A stretch of 64,000 nucleotides of DNA from the NCBI GenBank assembly GCA_973895155.1, contig OZ316893.1:12788359-12852358 (forward strand), written 5' to 3'. This document shows positions 13,440 through 25,931 of this stretch, one piece after another. Below the pieces are notes generated by a model. The model did no database searches. It saw nothing but the letters and a program-made list of their open reading frames with translations, and had not been told where the DNA came from. Source of the DNA: Marsupella aquatica (taxonomy: Eukaryota; Plantae; Marchantiophyta). Positions within the stretch are counted from its first letter, which is position 1, and every line of letters starts with the position of its first letter. The translations under genes were made by a program, and so were the position numbers.

Positions 13440-14787
13440 TAGTTAGGGTTGCTCTAAACAGGCTACCTACTTCTGTAGCTGGTGTACCGCTATTGCTCTG
13501 TTCACATTGCCACTTATGGCTTTCTGCCTTTTGGCCTGCAAGGTCCCCCCATCCTTTGGGTTCAAGCTGAATAAATGAATCTCAACAAACAAAAAATAAA
13601 ATAAAATAAATGCTACTCCATAACTGTAGAAGCTCCAAGTTGAGTAGGCCGCATTCAGGAAGGAGTGCTAGTGGATATTCTCATCTTTGTCATTCACTTT
13701 CCCATGACCAACACTTTGGTCTTGGATTTCCCCCTCCTTTTCCATGCAAACTTGTTTGAAACAACTTATCAATCATGGATGAGTGAGTATTATGCTTGAA
13801 ATTATTTTACTAGAGATTCAGTGATTGCAGAGTCAGGTTTGAATCTTGCAAATTACAGATCACTGAATTCTCAAACGAATATTATTTTCTCTCCATAATT
13901 ATATAATAAGTAGTTAGTTTACGTTATGCAATGAAATCTTCTAACACATCTTTTCACTCTCCTGACATTTCAGTGGGTACTTCCATTCAAGTGACACTAC
14001 TATGTATAATTATGTCGAATGGATATGGGGTGCCCTCATAAGTTGAAGCACATACCCGGCTCCATTCAGAACCTGACATGTTCACTTGCTTTTCATTGAA
14101 ATTTCAGTAGACATCTCATAACTGAGGGGAGCTTCCTTGTGAGAGCAGAGTTGATTGCACCAAAACTTTATAAAAATACAACCAGGCTGCAAGTTGCATC
14201 ACTAAGTAACTCAAGCGATATATCTATCCCTGCCTTATAGCAACTAAGGGTGGCTTTACAGGGTGGTGGGTAATGCATTGATTTGCTCTGAAATTAAATT
14301 TGAATTGTACAATAATTTAAATTATACAATGAGTGGAAACAGCTTCAGTAGGTTTACAAGAGCTTGAAGGCTACCAATCCTACTTAGCAAGAAGTATATT
14401 ACCCAATTAATAAGCAATGCCAATGTAAACTGCATCTTGTTCCAAAATGTTCCCAAATAATGCTGAATTAGACTGCTAATTGTTCCAGAATGTGCCAATC
14501 AGGGAGACAGGTTCACAGACTCAGTCCATGCAATTTCTTAGAAAAAATATCACGACACTAACAATCATTGATCAAGCTCTGACCAAAGCCAATCTATCAT
14601 AACAAACTAACATCCAAATACCTTCCACCTATTTTGGGGCATTTTGGGGCCATCACGATTATTTTGTATTTAATATGTGCAACGATGTCAATTATACATC
14701 AAGCTGACCAAAGCTATTCCATCACAATATTATAGCATGCTCATCATCCTGGATTTGTGTTTTTGGGCAACGATGAGGATCTAATTG

Positions 14788-16608
14788 TTACCGTTTTTTT
14801 TTCTTCTCGGGAGGCAGAGCGTCAATGGCCGCATTGCTGCTGCATTTGAAGGTCATAACGTCACTCAAGCCCCAGCGATGGCCATCCGCCACCTGGGCAA
14901 TATTTGGGTCCTCACGGCGACCACGGCTGCGGGTGAGATGCGGAAAGAGGTCGCCGGGATTATTATTGCTGACAGAGCCTTCCGGTATGGTCTCTGCAGC
15001 TGCAGCTGCTCTCCTTGCCTCTGCATAAATGTCGTCGTTCAGTCCATCCATGAGACTTGCGCTTTGGGATAGGCAGGCCTCAAACTCCTTCACTGCTACC
15101 TTTGGACTAAAGCGGACCCGATGCATTTCTCCGCCCTCTGTGGAATCTGACTTCTCATGCCCGGGTTCTCGTTTGATGTCTACCATATATGTGGGCTGAT
15201 TTGCACCTAATGCTCGCACGAGCTCATGGCTCAGCTTGGTATGCTCTTTGATGCTGAGGTTTGGAGAGAAGGGAGGGAGGGGAGCTGGTGCTTCGCTTGG
15301 AGTCGTCGCCGGCTTCAAAGGTATTGCTGGTTCTGGTGCTGGTGCTGGTCTGCACCGCATGAGGTCTGGCATCCACGAGTCGGGAAGTCCAGTCAGATGT
15401 CTGTAAACCCTGTCTGTGATCGGTTCATCTGGGAGGTCGAGAAGGTTTGCGCGGGGAGGTTGAAGCAGGCTGGCATTGACGAGCTTTGGCAATGGCATGT
15501 CATAGGGCAGCGTGCAGGTCTTGTCTCGGTTGGTGATAAACGGATGGTGGAGGAGCTCGGCTGCGGTCCAGCGATCTTCTGGCTTTGTGCGGAGGCACAG
15601 CTTAAGGAAATCCTTGCACTCAAGACTGGCCTTTCTGGGGATCTCTGGATGGTACACGAGCTGCATGCCCATTGTTGCAAAGTTTGGTGTCGTTTTCACT
15701 AGTTCATTTGGCGACCGCCCGATGATCATTTCTATCACCGTGCAACCGAGCGCGAATATGTCCGCTGGATAACTCTGCTCCTCTCGGTTTATCACCTCGG
15801 GACTCTGAAATCGACGCGTTCCTGTCAGAATAGTTCTTAAGTTTTTCGAGCTGAGTTGCTTGGACCCTCCCCAGTCCGCCAACTTCACGCAATCGTCTGA
15901 GAGGAGAAGGTTACTCATCTTGATGTCTCCATGAATAATTTTGCGCTTTCGCATGTATTGTAGACCTTTCAGAACGTCGTACGTGTACTGTTTTATGTAA
16001 GGGGTTTCTTCGAACACATTCTTCCTCCTTTTGGCCACATGCTTCAGACTTCCACGAGCGACATACTCCAGGAACACATCAAGGGCGTTTTCACCATCCA
16101 CTTGGTTGTCACCACTCGAGCGACCACAGCCCAAACACCTAATGATATATTTGGATCTCATAACCCTCATCATCTTGATTTCCGTTATCTGGCAAGTGAT
16201 ATTGATTGCGGCTTTGCGTGTCGTTGGGTATTTGATCCTGATTGACTTGACCGCAAACAATTTGTTGTCCTCCCTCATCCCCAGATACACTGCACCAAAC
16301 GATCCTCGTCCCAGTTCCTCACACCGCTTCCAGGGAATTCCGTGAATAGTGTTCCATGGCATACTACTTGATATCCATGCCTTCTCTTTTACCAAGCCGA
16401 TGGCATCTATAAATCTCTTTTCTTCTTCATCCTCTGAAAATATATTCTCTGCTGATTGACCCTTCCTGTTGGCAGTATGGTCAGACTGCCCTCGAGTGCT
16501 GACAGCATTTTTAGCTTTTAACGTTGCAATGCCCTCAATTAAGCGAGCAGCAGCCATGCCAAATTCTCGGCCAAATGGCTTTGCACTTGTGGCTCCAGGC
16601 GTTGTCAT
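14788..16608 (-). CDS. Intron-less MEKK/MAPKKK-type Ser/Thr kinase, 606 aa, paralog 1
   Basis: Open ORF with LGRGSFGAVY, FAVKS, LEYVARGSL, HGDIKMSN, KLADWG, GTRRFQSPEV, DIFALGCTVIEM and RWTAAELLHHPF. This motif set resembles plant MAPKKK15-21/NPK1-type kinases. Pro-rich C-terminal tail. Confidence 0.92.
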   Translation of the reverse strand: MTTPGATSAKPFGREFGMAAARLIEGIATLKAKNAVSTRGQSDHTANRKGQSAENIFSEDEEEKRFIDAIGLVKEKAWISSSMPWNTIHGIPWKRCEELGRGSFGAVYLGMREDNKLFAVKSIRIKYPTTRKAAINITCQITEIKMMRVMRSKYIIRCLGCGRSSGDNQVDGENALDVFLEYVARGSLKHVAKRRKNVFEETPYIKQYTYDVLKGLQYMRKRKIIHGDIKMSNLLLSDDCVKLADWGGSKQLSSKNLRTILTGTRRFQSPEVINREEQSYPADIFALGCTVIEMIIGRSPNELVKTTPNFATMGMQLVYHPEIPRKASLECKDFLKLCLRTKPEDRWTAAELLHHPFITNRDKTCTLPYDMPLPKLVNASLLQPPRANLLDLPDEPITDRVYRHLTGLPDSWMPDLMRCRPAPAPEPAIPLKPATTPSEAPAPLPPFSPNLSIKEHTKLSHELVRALGANQPTYMVDIKREPGHEKSDSTEGGEMHRVRFSPKVAVKEFEACLSQSASLMDGLNDDIYAEARRAAAAAETIPEGSVSNNNPGDLFPHLTRSRGRREDPNIAQVADGHRWGLSDVMTFKCSSNAAIDALPPEKKKKR

Positions 16609-19600
16609 TATGCGATATGCTAGAACTTACTATTTTATCTGACGCCTAGAGCCTGTAGTGACTGGGATCATACCAGTTGTAAGGAAGTCCTGTAGATGCT
16701 CACCATACAGGCCTCTTAACTTAAAATTCAACAGACATTCTTTGCCAAGAGACTACTCGACCAATTGGAATTGGAATTGGAATTGACCGAGTCACCAAGC
16801 TTGACAAGGTTCCTATGCGTGCTAGTTCTACATCACCCTTGATTTCCATGACGGTCCTCCGACCATACGCTAACCTTTGACACAATGCCGTAAAGAATGC
16901 ATTTACTGGTCACTCCTTGAGAACAAAAAATCTCCTATTCTGTGGGTCACTTAATTATACACTGTAACAGGAACTTTATTAGAAATTTTGATAGATATGT
17001 AACCTAACCTACAGAATCATGCCATTTTGGGAACTATGTGATACATAAAGGCTGCCAATTCAATCAAAAAAATTGAACAGAAGTGTCTGGGACATTAGAA
17101 AGCTAATCAATAACTGAAGGTTTCTAGACAAGCTTATTCAATCTGTTTCATAAACACAGCAAGGATGGTTGAATCCCAGTAGCGTGCATTTCTGACATAA
17201 TTGGGGTTTCTTCAGAATCTCTCAAAACATCTCTGTCAAACACCACATGCTAAACATTATGTTGCGGACTAAGAAGAACCAATTTACAAAAAAGGGCCAG
17301 ATAAAGTCGAATGGAGTAAATCAAAAGAGATCCACAGAGGGCAAACACCAATTGAAACTCAAAGGAAGCCCAAATGCAGTCTCCTAAAAACGAACGAGTA
17401 ATTAAATAAGAAGAAAGATCTACCACAGACTGCAATAGGAGTGAAGGCGTAGTGTTGATTTGCTTATCGACTTTGAATTTATCAGTTCATTGAGCTGAGA
17501 CTTGTGTTTAAATAATGCTTGAAATAACATGTATCAAGCCACAGTCGCTGTAAATCCTATGAGGATTCCTTCAAATGTAGGTTTCGAGTTAGTATCCGGC
17601 CACCGTATGTTTAATTGCCTTGAACTAGTGAGCGCCCACTGGTAAGTAAGTTAATATAATGTTTACCTCTGACCATCTAGATTGGTTAAAAAGGGCCAGG
17701 CAGACAAGTCACTCAACTTGGCAGTATTAAACCCATTTCTTAATAATTATGAAAGAGTGGCAAAGAACAAAAGGGTCAAAATGGGAGATGTATACTTAGG
17801 ATCCAAACTAAGGCAGGAGGGACCCACTAAAGGGTAGAAAATGAGGGGAAAATCCAGGAAGACCAAAGACCCAAAGAGTCCCACACAATGGCAAAAGAAC
17901 TCAATAAAACCCTCCTGGCTTAGCAAAAGACTAAAAAGCCTGGCTGGTACAGATTATAGGAGTGCCCCCAAGAGGAATTAGTTCAAAGTCCCTAAACCAA
18001 ATAGCCTCTAGTTACCTAAATATTAAACCCCGGAAAGTTGATCAAAGATAATTTGAGATCAAGTCATTGCATTGACAGAGGTACGGTGCAACAATCAACT
18101 AAGTTGTTAATAGACTTAAGTTTTCAAACCTACTCTTCACTTCTCCTGGCCTTGTCATATGGTTGTGCACAGTTATAATAGGAAAACTGCTTCTCTGTCT
18201 AATGTCAGATGAATCATCTGACGAATCTCCAAAACCAGAATTCGTTAGAAGATTTTATGAGAATAATGGAATATCTCTAATTTGAAAGCAGATTGAGGTG
18301 CCCCTATTTTCTCCCATAATTCTTTCTTCAAACTACAGTTGACTACTAGCTTTGCACATCTGAAATCGGCTTTGCAGCAATCAGTGTGCCTTAAACATTT
18401 TGTCAACAATGCATCAGTGGCCCTTGAAATTGCTTCTGTCAATCCCAGCCAATAGAATGAGGGTTCTGAGTCCATGACATGTATGCTTCACAGATGATTT
18501 ATCTCTTCAAGAAATCTAATTAGTTTCATCTGGTAATATATAATTACTTAGATAGAAGAAGAAGAAAAAAAATTAAACTAAGTCATCCCCAAAGTTGGGT
18601 AAGCATGATCATTAGTACTATAAAGCTAGTCGCACTCACTTGGGTTTCAGAACATATACAAGTGTCATAAAACTAGCCTGGCCATCCTAGAACATAATTG
18701 GTTATTTTGTTTTCTAACATGCTAAAGGATAATTATCTGTTCTATCTGAATGATGTATATTGGAAGGGCGATCATCTTGCAAATGATAATACAAACTCTT
18801 TGATAGTCCGGACCGATCTTATGAGTATAGAGTGACAAAACCTAGTATACCTATAATGCAATCCCCTGGGAATGCACTTAGAAATTATAACTAGTAAATG
18901 CTACTTATGAACAAATACTTAAGGCAGTGTTTGACTGGAACTAGTGGGATCGGGAGTGGGATTAAATTTTCTTAAATGAATAAAAGGATGTTGCTCCTAT
19001 TTCAAATGGCTCATAAAGTAAATCAAAAATTTAATTTTCACTAAAACAATTGGCAATGAGCAGGTCAAAAATGGATTGGCCATACATACAATAGTTTGCC
19101 ATGTCTTTGCATTGTAGTTGACACTAATTGCTTTTTTATAATATATATATATATATCGATCACACAGATCGACCTGCAAGACTAAGTAACCTAAGTAGGG
19201 TATAATTTCAATTATACTGACCTGAAAATTATTGCTGTGCAAGGCTCTTGTTTCCTTATGTTCAGAGCATCATGTTTGTGAAGACTATGTTCAGTCTATT
19301 CCTATGGAGAAACTCTAAACTCAAAGGGTGACCTGAAGGTCAAGACACTATCCACCACTCACCACTTAATTTATGTTTTTATCTCAACCTCAAAATCAAT
19401 AAAATTATCTATGATTTGTTTGCCTACTTTATGATATCATGCTAATTTGTGTTATCATGCTGACTGACTCTAGATGGACATGTATATATAAGCCTGTTAT
19501 TCATGCCATACATGGATAATATCTCTTTTCTTACAAGCATACAATACTCTTCTGACATCAACATTCAAACTAAATAATATAGAGTGGATCTATCCCCAGA

Positions 19601-22029
19601 TCATTCCGTCTCATCCTATAATTAATCCAAAATGTTCAGAGAAAATTCTGCCTGTATTTCACCATCAAAATGTAATTTTTCAAAAGTCGTGTCCTCGGTT
19701 GTGTCGCTTGACAATTTTACGGCTCAAATATTCCATATTTGTGTACAAGTATTAGTGTAGTGTGGCACACACCTTGCCTATTGGTCTCAAACTAGACTGA
19801 TGGAGACATTTTAAGATCTAGTTTTTACCAAAGAGCTTCAATGGAGGCACCAGTCCTAGCTTAATTTTCAGGTCAGCTACACATTCAATATTGCTTACTG
19901 AAACCAATGTGTACTTATTCTGGAATGATCCAAACTTAGATCAATGTACATATTAATTAAAACCAAAATTAAAACAATTGGTGACTTGAATTGGTTAGTG
20001 ATATCTTGATGCATTGTAGCCATTCAGGACATGTACGTACTCTGACTGTAGTGATTTGAATTGTTGGGTATAATTCCGCTAACTAAGGTACTTCTAGAGA
20101 CTTTGCAGAATTGTAGCCAGGATATTTAATAATATATATAGCTGCTTCATGTTACCTATATACATACTTACAGCTATCACGTGCTACCCTAGTATATTGT
20201 TGAACCGCGGAATAGTGGCCACCACCACCCCTTGAGGAGACTCACACTTCCACAAAAATGGCATATCACATCCAACAAAACATAACTAACTAAGTTTGTT
20301 TTACTGATTCTAATCCAGGGATCGAATACTTGCAAAAATTTGTTAAAAAACTTTAATGCTTTTTAAACCAATTTTGAGACTAGCTTCTCAGGAAAGATAG
20401 GGTTCTAACAACCATATTATGACTGTTCCATCCAACAATTTTTCAAATTGAGAAGGGTAAACCATTTTTTGTAAAATTCTTATCTTAGTTTTAAGGCACA
20501 TGCACTTGACCTAAGAAAGATACATGTGATGTTGGGGGGCTCCTGGAAATAGTGATCCCCCCCCCCCCCTCGTGAGAACCCTTAGCACCACCCAAGCTGC
20601 AATTTAACCAAAGTGATGTCAGTATTAGTCTGAATATCTTCAGGTGTGAAATGAACATTTCACACTTTTACTGTACCAGGAAAAGTAGGTTGTCAAATGT
20701 TAGGTTACTTTCACATACACAACATGTGCCTGAAGAAGGTTTTCATGACATTTTGAAGTTTGTCTTTCTGCAGCGCTGCTTATGCATACTGGAAGAAGGC
20801 CAGCTAGCTGTGGAGGATTTTGTTCTGTGGGTGTGGGTTCTGTCATCCATGCAATAGGCAGTGAATCACAAAAAAATGTCTAACAATGGAAAGAACCAGG
20901 AAACGTCTACTTTCACCCATTTTCTCTTGTTGCACCTTTCAAACCCTCCAGCCTTTCAAAAAGCATGGAAGAAACCAAGAATCCTCTACTTTTGGCTATT
21001 TGCCCCCGCTGCAATGCATGTTCACAAATTCTTCAAGCTATTTTGGAAAAAAGATAAAGATGGATGTAGGTTGTCCTCCACTAGCCAAACCCAAAATTGT
21101 GTAAGTGTGACTGGATACTCTACTTTAGGTTGTTTGCCCCTACTGCAACATTCAAAAATTGTCCAAGTGTGAATTCAAGTTCATGGTGGATGTTCATGTC
21201 GTCCACTTAAACCCAAAATTGTCTAAAAATGGAAGGAACCAGGAGCACTCTACTTTTGGCCCTTGGTACAGGCAGAAACCCTAAACCATCATGTAGGGAC
21301 AGAACCCCTAAACCCTGTTATTTTAGGAAAACACAAATGAATGCATTATGTCTTCAATAATACATGCACATGTCCGTAGCTAGCCTAATTGAAACGCTGT
21401 CAGTGGTAGACTGCGTTACAAGTCCATAGTTGGGACAGCATGAGGTGGACTATGACAGGTGTGCAATGGACTTATGACAGGAAACCCCTGGTGTACCATG
21501 CAATTATATACTTAGGCACCACCACACAAGAACTATCATTGTACAGAACCTACTTAAGTGGCCTAGTTTGTAACAAACTTTAGGGATTTGCTTGATGGGA
21601 CCCCAAAATGAATCATTGTAAGTCTTAAAAAGTTTCATGGGGTGCATCACGTACTAAACTCTTTGTGACACAGGTCCCATCATTCAAGCTCTCATTGGAG
21701 TTTTAAGCCCTCATGGACTAAGGGGTTTCCTCTAAAGCCCTCAGGGATGTCCAAATTTGGGATGGACTGACTCAGAACACAACAAAACTTGGATAAGACC
21801 ATATATAGTTTTGACTGAAAATGTGACAATAAATCAAACAGACTCTTGGCCTGTTGCAGCTAGTTCCATTAGTTTACATGGTGGTAAGTCACAACTAGAT
21901 CATGCACAAAGTACCCAGGGTGTCCATTAAAGTTAGTAGTGAAGCGTATTTCCCCAAAGTGGTAAGTTGTTCCTCATGCCCATGCAAACTACTCAGGGGC
22001 CTCCTTTACAAAAGGGAAGACACTGTTCA

Positions 22030-22212
22030 TTGGCAATTTTGAGACTTATATGAACATTCTAGGGTAGACCTTTTAGTCAATTTTTTGGAATATTCTAAGA
22101 ATATCCCAACTTCATAGGGGTTTAAAAATAATATTTGTTCAAATTTTAGGGGGTCCGAGACCTACAAACATCAAATGTGATGGGGAGGCCTCCATATAGT
22201 GAGACTTGCGAG
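22030..22212. mobile_element. Partial MITE (right half) of the 1506 family
   Basis: ttttgagacttat...ttttggaatattc...gatggggaggcctccatatagtgagacttgcgag matches the right half and TIR of the other copies. Confidence 0.75.
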
Positions 22213-22775
22213 CTCTTTTCTTTCCATTAGCCACAACACTGATGACCATAGTTCCGCTAGCTGTTCCTCTTCCTCCTTAAGCCACTCTGGTGACTCAACT
22301 GCTTTAGGATCAAAGTCCTCGCCAACAATGGAACCCTCCTCTAAAGCTGCACTCATGTGAGAAATCAAGAAAAAACAATGTTTTTCTCAACTTGCTTCTA
22401 AACAAAAACCCAAAACTAATCACCATCGCATAGCCCACAAGCCTAGCTATCCAAATCTAACAACCAAATCAAAACCAAAATACTCCAAAAAACTTAAGGG
22501 TTTGGGTGGGTAAAACTTGGAGTTCTCCTCCATTTTGACCACCTTGGGGAATAACCAAAATGGAAACAAGAACCCATTAATGTTGGAAAGCCAATTTGAT
22601 TGGTGTGCCACCGTGTTGCTAACTCCAATGGCTACTACCTCGCCAAAGACAAATAAAAAAGTTACCATTTGTTGGACAACATCTTCAATGGACAGCCAAA
22701 AATGTGCTCTTGATTATTTTGGAATATTCTTGCAAAGTCAAGCAGGACTCACAATGGACCGATCCCATTGTCCGA

Positions 22776-23157
22776 TGTTAGGGTTTGGACCGCGGTTTTG
22801 ATCGACTCAACCTTGGCTAGGTTAGCTAGAGTTAACTTGAGTTTCAGACTAGACTCTTCATCAAGGGACCGGGGAAGAGATAACCCTCTTTGCATCCCAT
22901 ATATGGAGCAAGAGCACTTACTTAAGAGCTTTGTGTGAGAGAGAAAAAGTTTGGACCATGGAGCTATGGCTAGTGATATATGTTAGTACTATTTGTGGTC
23001 ATAGTGGAGCTCTTGGTACCGGGCTTGGTACGGCTGTGGACGTAGCCCATACGGGATGAACTACGTATCTTTGTGTCAGTGTACTTGTGTGCTATATGAG
23101 TGGTGCGGGGAGTGGTAATTTTGAGATGTCATGCTCTGAATCCATTTTGATCCAACA
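22776..23157 (+). mobile_element. Solo LTR, copia-like
   Basis: TGTTAG...CAACA termini; 5-bp TSD tccga/tccaa with one mismatch; the internal gtggacgtagcc...gaac(t/c)acgtatct motif is shared with the copia LTR at 55786-56129. Confidence 0.8.
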
Positions 23158-23689
23158 TCCAACTAAGCAGTTAAAACAAAGGGCGACCACGCCCAAGAGG
23201 TGGCAAGCCAATATGAAGGGAGGAAAAAAATCTAGCCTTAAAGCGGGCCTTAAAGGGCTTAAGCCCCCCTGAGCCAAAATACAAGCATTACAAGGGACGA
23301 GCCAGGGTCAGGGTATGCACAGGGGCATGGGTGGGTCAAGGAGGCTGCAACATACGTAGCCATGTACCTTCAAGGACAAATGGAGGGGGAAAAGCAAGTT
23401 GCAAGTATGAGTTCACGATTGCTGGAGGAAGTCACTGGCTGCACCATGCAAACAAGGGAAGGGGAAGTGATGGCCAGCGGGAGGGGGGGAAAGGAAAAAA
23501 CAAAGGCGGTGCCATGCAGCCGTCCATGGAACGGAAAACTGCAGGCCAGGGAGGGGAGGTTGCGCGTACAAGGGAAGGGAGAACACAAGGTTGGGAGGTG
23601 TACAAGGTGTGAGGTGTGTATACACACAGAAATGACCCCATTGAAACCAAATTTAATTTGCCTTAAAAAAATCAGCAAATGAACATTAC

Positions 23690-24460
23690 ACACCTTGACT
23701 GGCATTGATTCAAACAAGAAAAGAGACACCTTCAGAGAAAAATATTGCCAAATTTTCTTAGGTGTGGTTAGTTGTACGTTGTCTCTTGGTCCAACAGAGA
23801 ACAAATCTCTGTTGCATTTCCCTAGCTTACTCTACGTCAAGTGCCTATCCCAAACTTGAAACGACCACTTGCGCATGATCTCTCTGTTGAGCCATGATAG
23901 CACTTTGTGTGTTTCTTCCTCCGCGTTAAATTAATGCAACGACAAGAAACCTGATTCAGGCAAAACCAAACTCCATAGCTTGACAAAAAATCAGAACCCT
24001 TTTGCTCATTCCGTCGCACTTGGTGTACACACCATAACAAAATGACTACCAAAAGGACTAGCTTGCCTCAAACTACAAGCAGAGCTATAGCAATGCCTTG
24101 TGCACCGCAAAACTATAGTCCCTCCTCAAAAAAACCGTCAAACACGAATCTTCATTAAAAAATAAGAATGATGCAAACTTTAACTTCTTCACATCACAAA
24201 CTCCAATAAATTGGTGATTTCTAAGCACCATCAGAAAGCCCTCACACCAATCTATTTGCTTTGCCCATAACCTCTGAGTTTCATGCAAAAGAAATTCTGG
24301 AAAAACCATCAACACAAAACACTAGAAAAATCATCGATCCTTCTTAAAATTTTGTAGTTACCTCCCAAGCATACTCTGATACCAATTGTTGAGCAAAGAC
24401 AATATATATCCACAAGAACAAGCCCATGAACATCCAATGGACAAGTAGTGGACACATATA
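23690..24460 (-). mobile_element. Degenerate copia-like 5' LTR end, Met-tRNA PBS and leader/gag remnant
   Basis: ctctgatacca at about 24374-24384 is the PBS tggtatcagag on the minus strand. It abuts tgttgagca...caagcccatgaacatccaa, which resembles the LTR end at 55786. Confidence 0.65.
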
Positions 24461-25589
24461 AATACTTTATATATATGTTGTGAGTTTTTGCAAAGTCAAA
24501 ACTAATTATGACTTTACGCGCAGCCTTGAAGAAATCAGTGGATTCAATTTGAATGTATTAGAATTCTTTCATGACCTCAAGAACAATTCATTTACTTTCC
24601 TTTTAAGTTCCCCATACCACCCGGCCATACCTGTGAGGGTTGTTTTCTCACACTTGATTGTAGCACATCAAAACTGCCTCACCTGGAAAATGGCCCTTGG
24701 TGTCCGACAAGAGATGCAGCTAATAGGGATAAGATCATGTTGATTGTTTCATAAGATGTCCCTGCCAATGTTGATAAAATGATCGATAGTGGGAAATTGA
24801 ATCCATATCTTAGAAAATTGACAATGTAAATCTCAGACAGTTCACAAAAATTAATGTGGGTGATCGATCGGGTTTAAGAAATGATGATTGAATGAAAATG
24901 GGAAAGATGCAAAGAGGTCCAACTTGAAAAAAAATAGTTGATGGATGGGCATTCAGCACTCTGAAACATGGTGGTAAGAGCCAAGGTCAACAATGACAAT
25001 ACCCCATGCAGGCCAATCTATTAAAATAATGATCAACGGATCCTCAAATTATTATGCTCCCCTTTCAGAGTAATTTGCCACTGACTATTAGTTGTTTCAC
25101 TTTGGTTTGGGCTTCGTCACTTGAGTCTCGAGTACTAACCTTTGAGATGACCAAGTTCCTTTTCAAATTTCTCAGTAATCTTAGGGCTGTCTGTGAAGGG
25201 TCCCCTCCTTTATGATCCTTAGCACTCATGTGTTGTCCGCCAAAAGTGGATTGCCTTTCTCCACAGAATCTACTACACTGTAATGTATGAAGTGCCAAAA
25301 CCTTTGCTTGTCCGTGGTTGTTGCTTCCACAGCGAAAATTTCCCAGGCCAGGGAATATTTCACAGACCGCCTATTAAATGAAATGTCCTTTGCTTGTCTG
25401 CCGTTATTGTTTTCATATCCAGATTTCACACGGCAGAATTTTCAAAGACGGCCAGTTAAACAAAATGTGTAAACAGCTTTCTTTCGTTTCATTCAAAGTT
25501 CAAAATTCAGGACATGAGGGGCCAGAGAGTCTCCAGCCCTTGCCACCCCTTGCCCTTGGATCTCCTGAAATATTGCCCTTAATTGGCCT

Positions 25590-25905
25590 GACTGAGGAGG
25601 GGGTTCAGGTATGAAAGTTTCTTCGCTCATACATTGCCATCAGTTTACTTAAGGGCCAGTTTTTTGAGGACTTTCATTGAGTGAGGAGGGGGTTAAGGCA
25701 TGAAAGTCTCCTTTGCTCATACCTTGCCACCAGTTTACTTTATTAAGGGCCAGTTTTTTGAGGACCTCATTGCCTGAGGAGGGGAGGGGGGTAAAAGGCT
25801 TGAAGGTCTTCTTCGCTCATACCTTGTCATCATTTTAGTTAAGGACAGATTTTTTGAGGACCCCTTGTCCTCAGTTTGTTGAAGGGCCATTTTTTGGAGT
25901 ACCTC
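25590..25905. repeat. Tandem repeat of about 90 bp, 3 copies plus a partial copy, just 3' of kinase paralog 2
   Basis: The unit gaggagggg...gctcatac(a/c)ttg(c/t)ca(t/c)ca...ttaaggg(c/a)cag(t/a)tttttgaggac is repeated. Confidence 0.85.
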
Positions 25906-25931
25906 ACACATCACATGCAAGACGAAGGCCC

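Noticed and set aside
15226-16345. Overlapping + strand ORFs across the kinase genes (also 26191-27462)
   Set aside because: These are antisense shadows of GC-rich coding sequence.
20230-22212. A single MITE split by a 1.8-kb insertion (left-end motif at about 20245, right half at 22030-22212)
   Set aside because: There is no matching TSD at the outer ends, so the two fragments cannot be linked.
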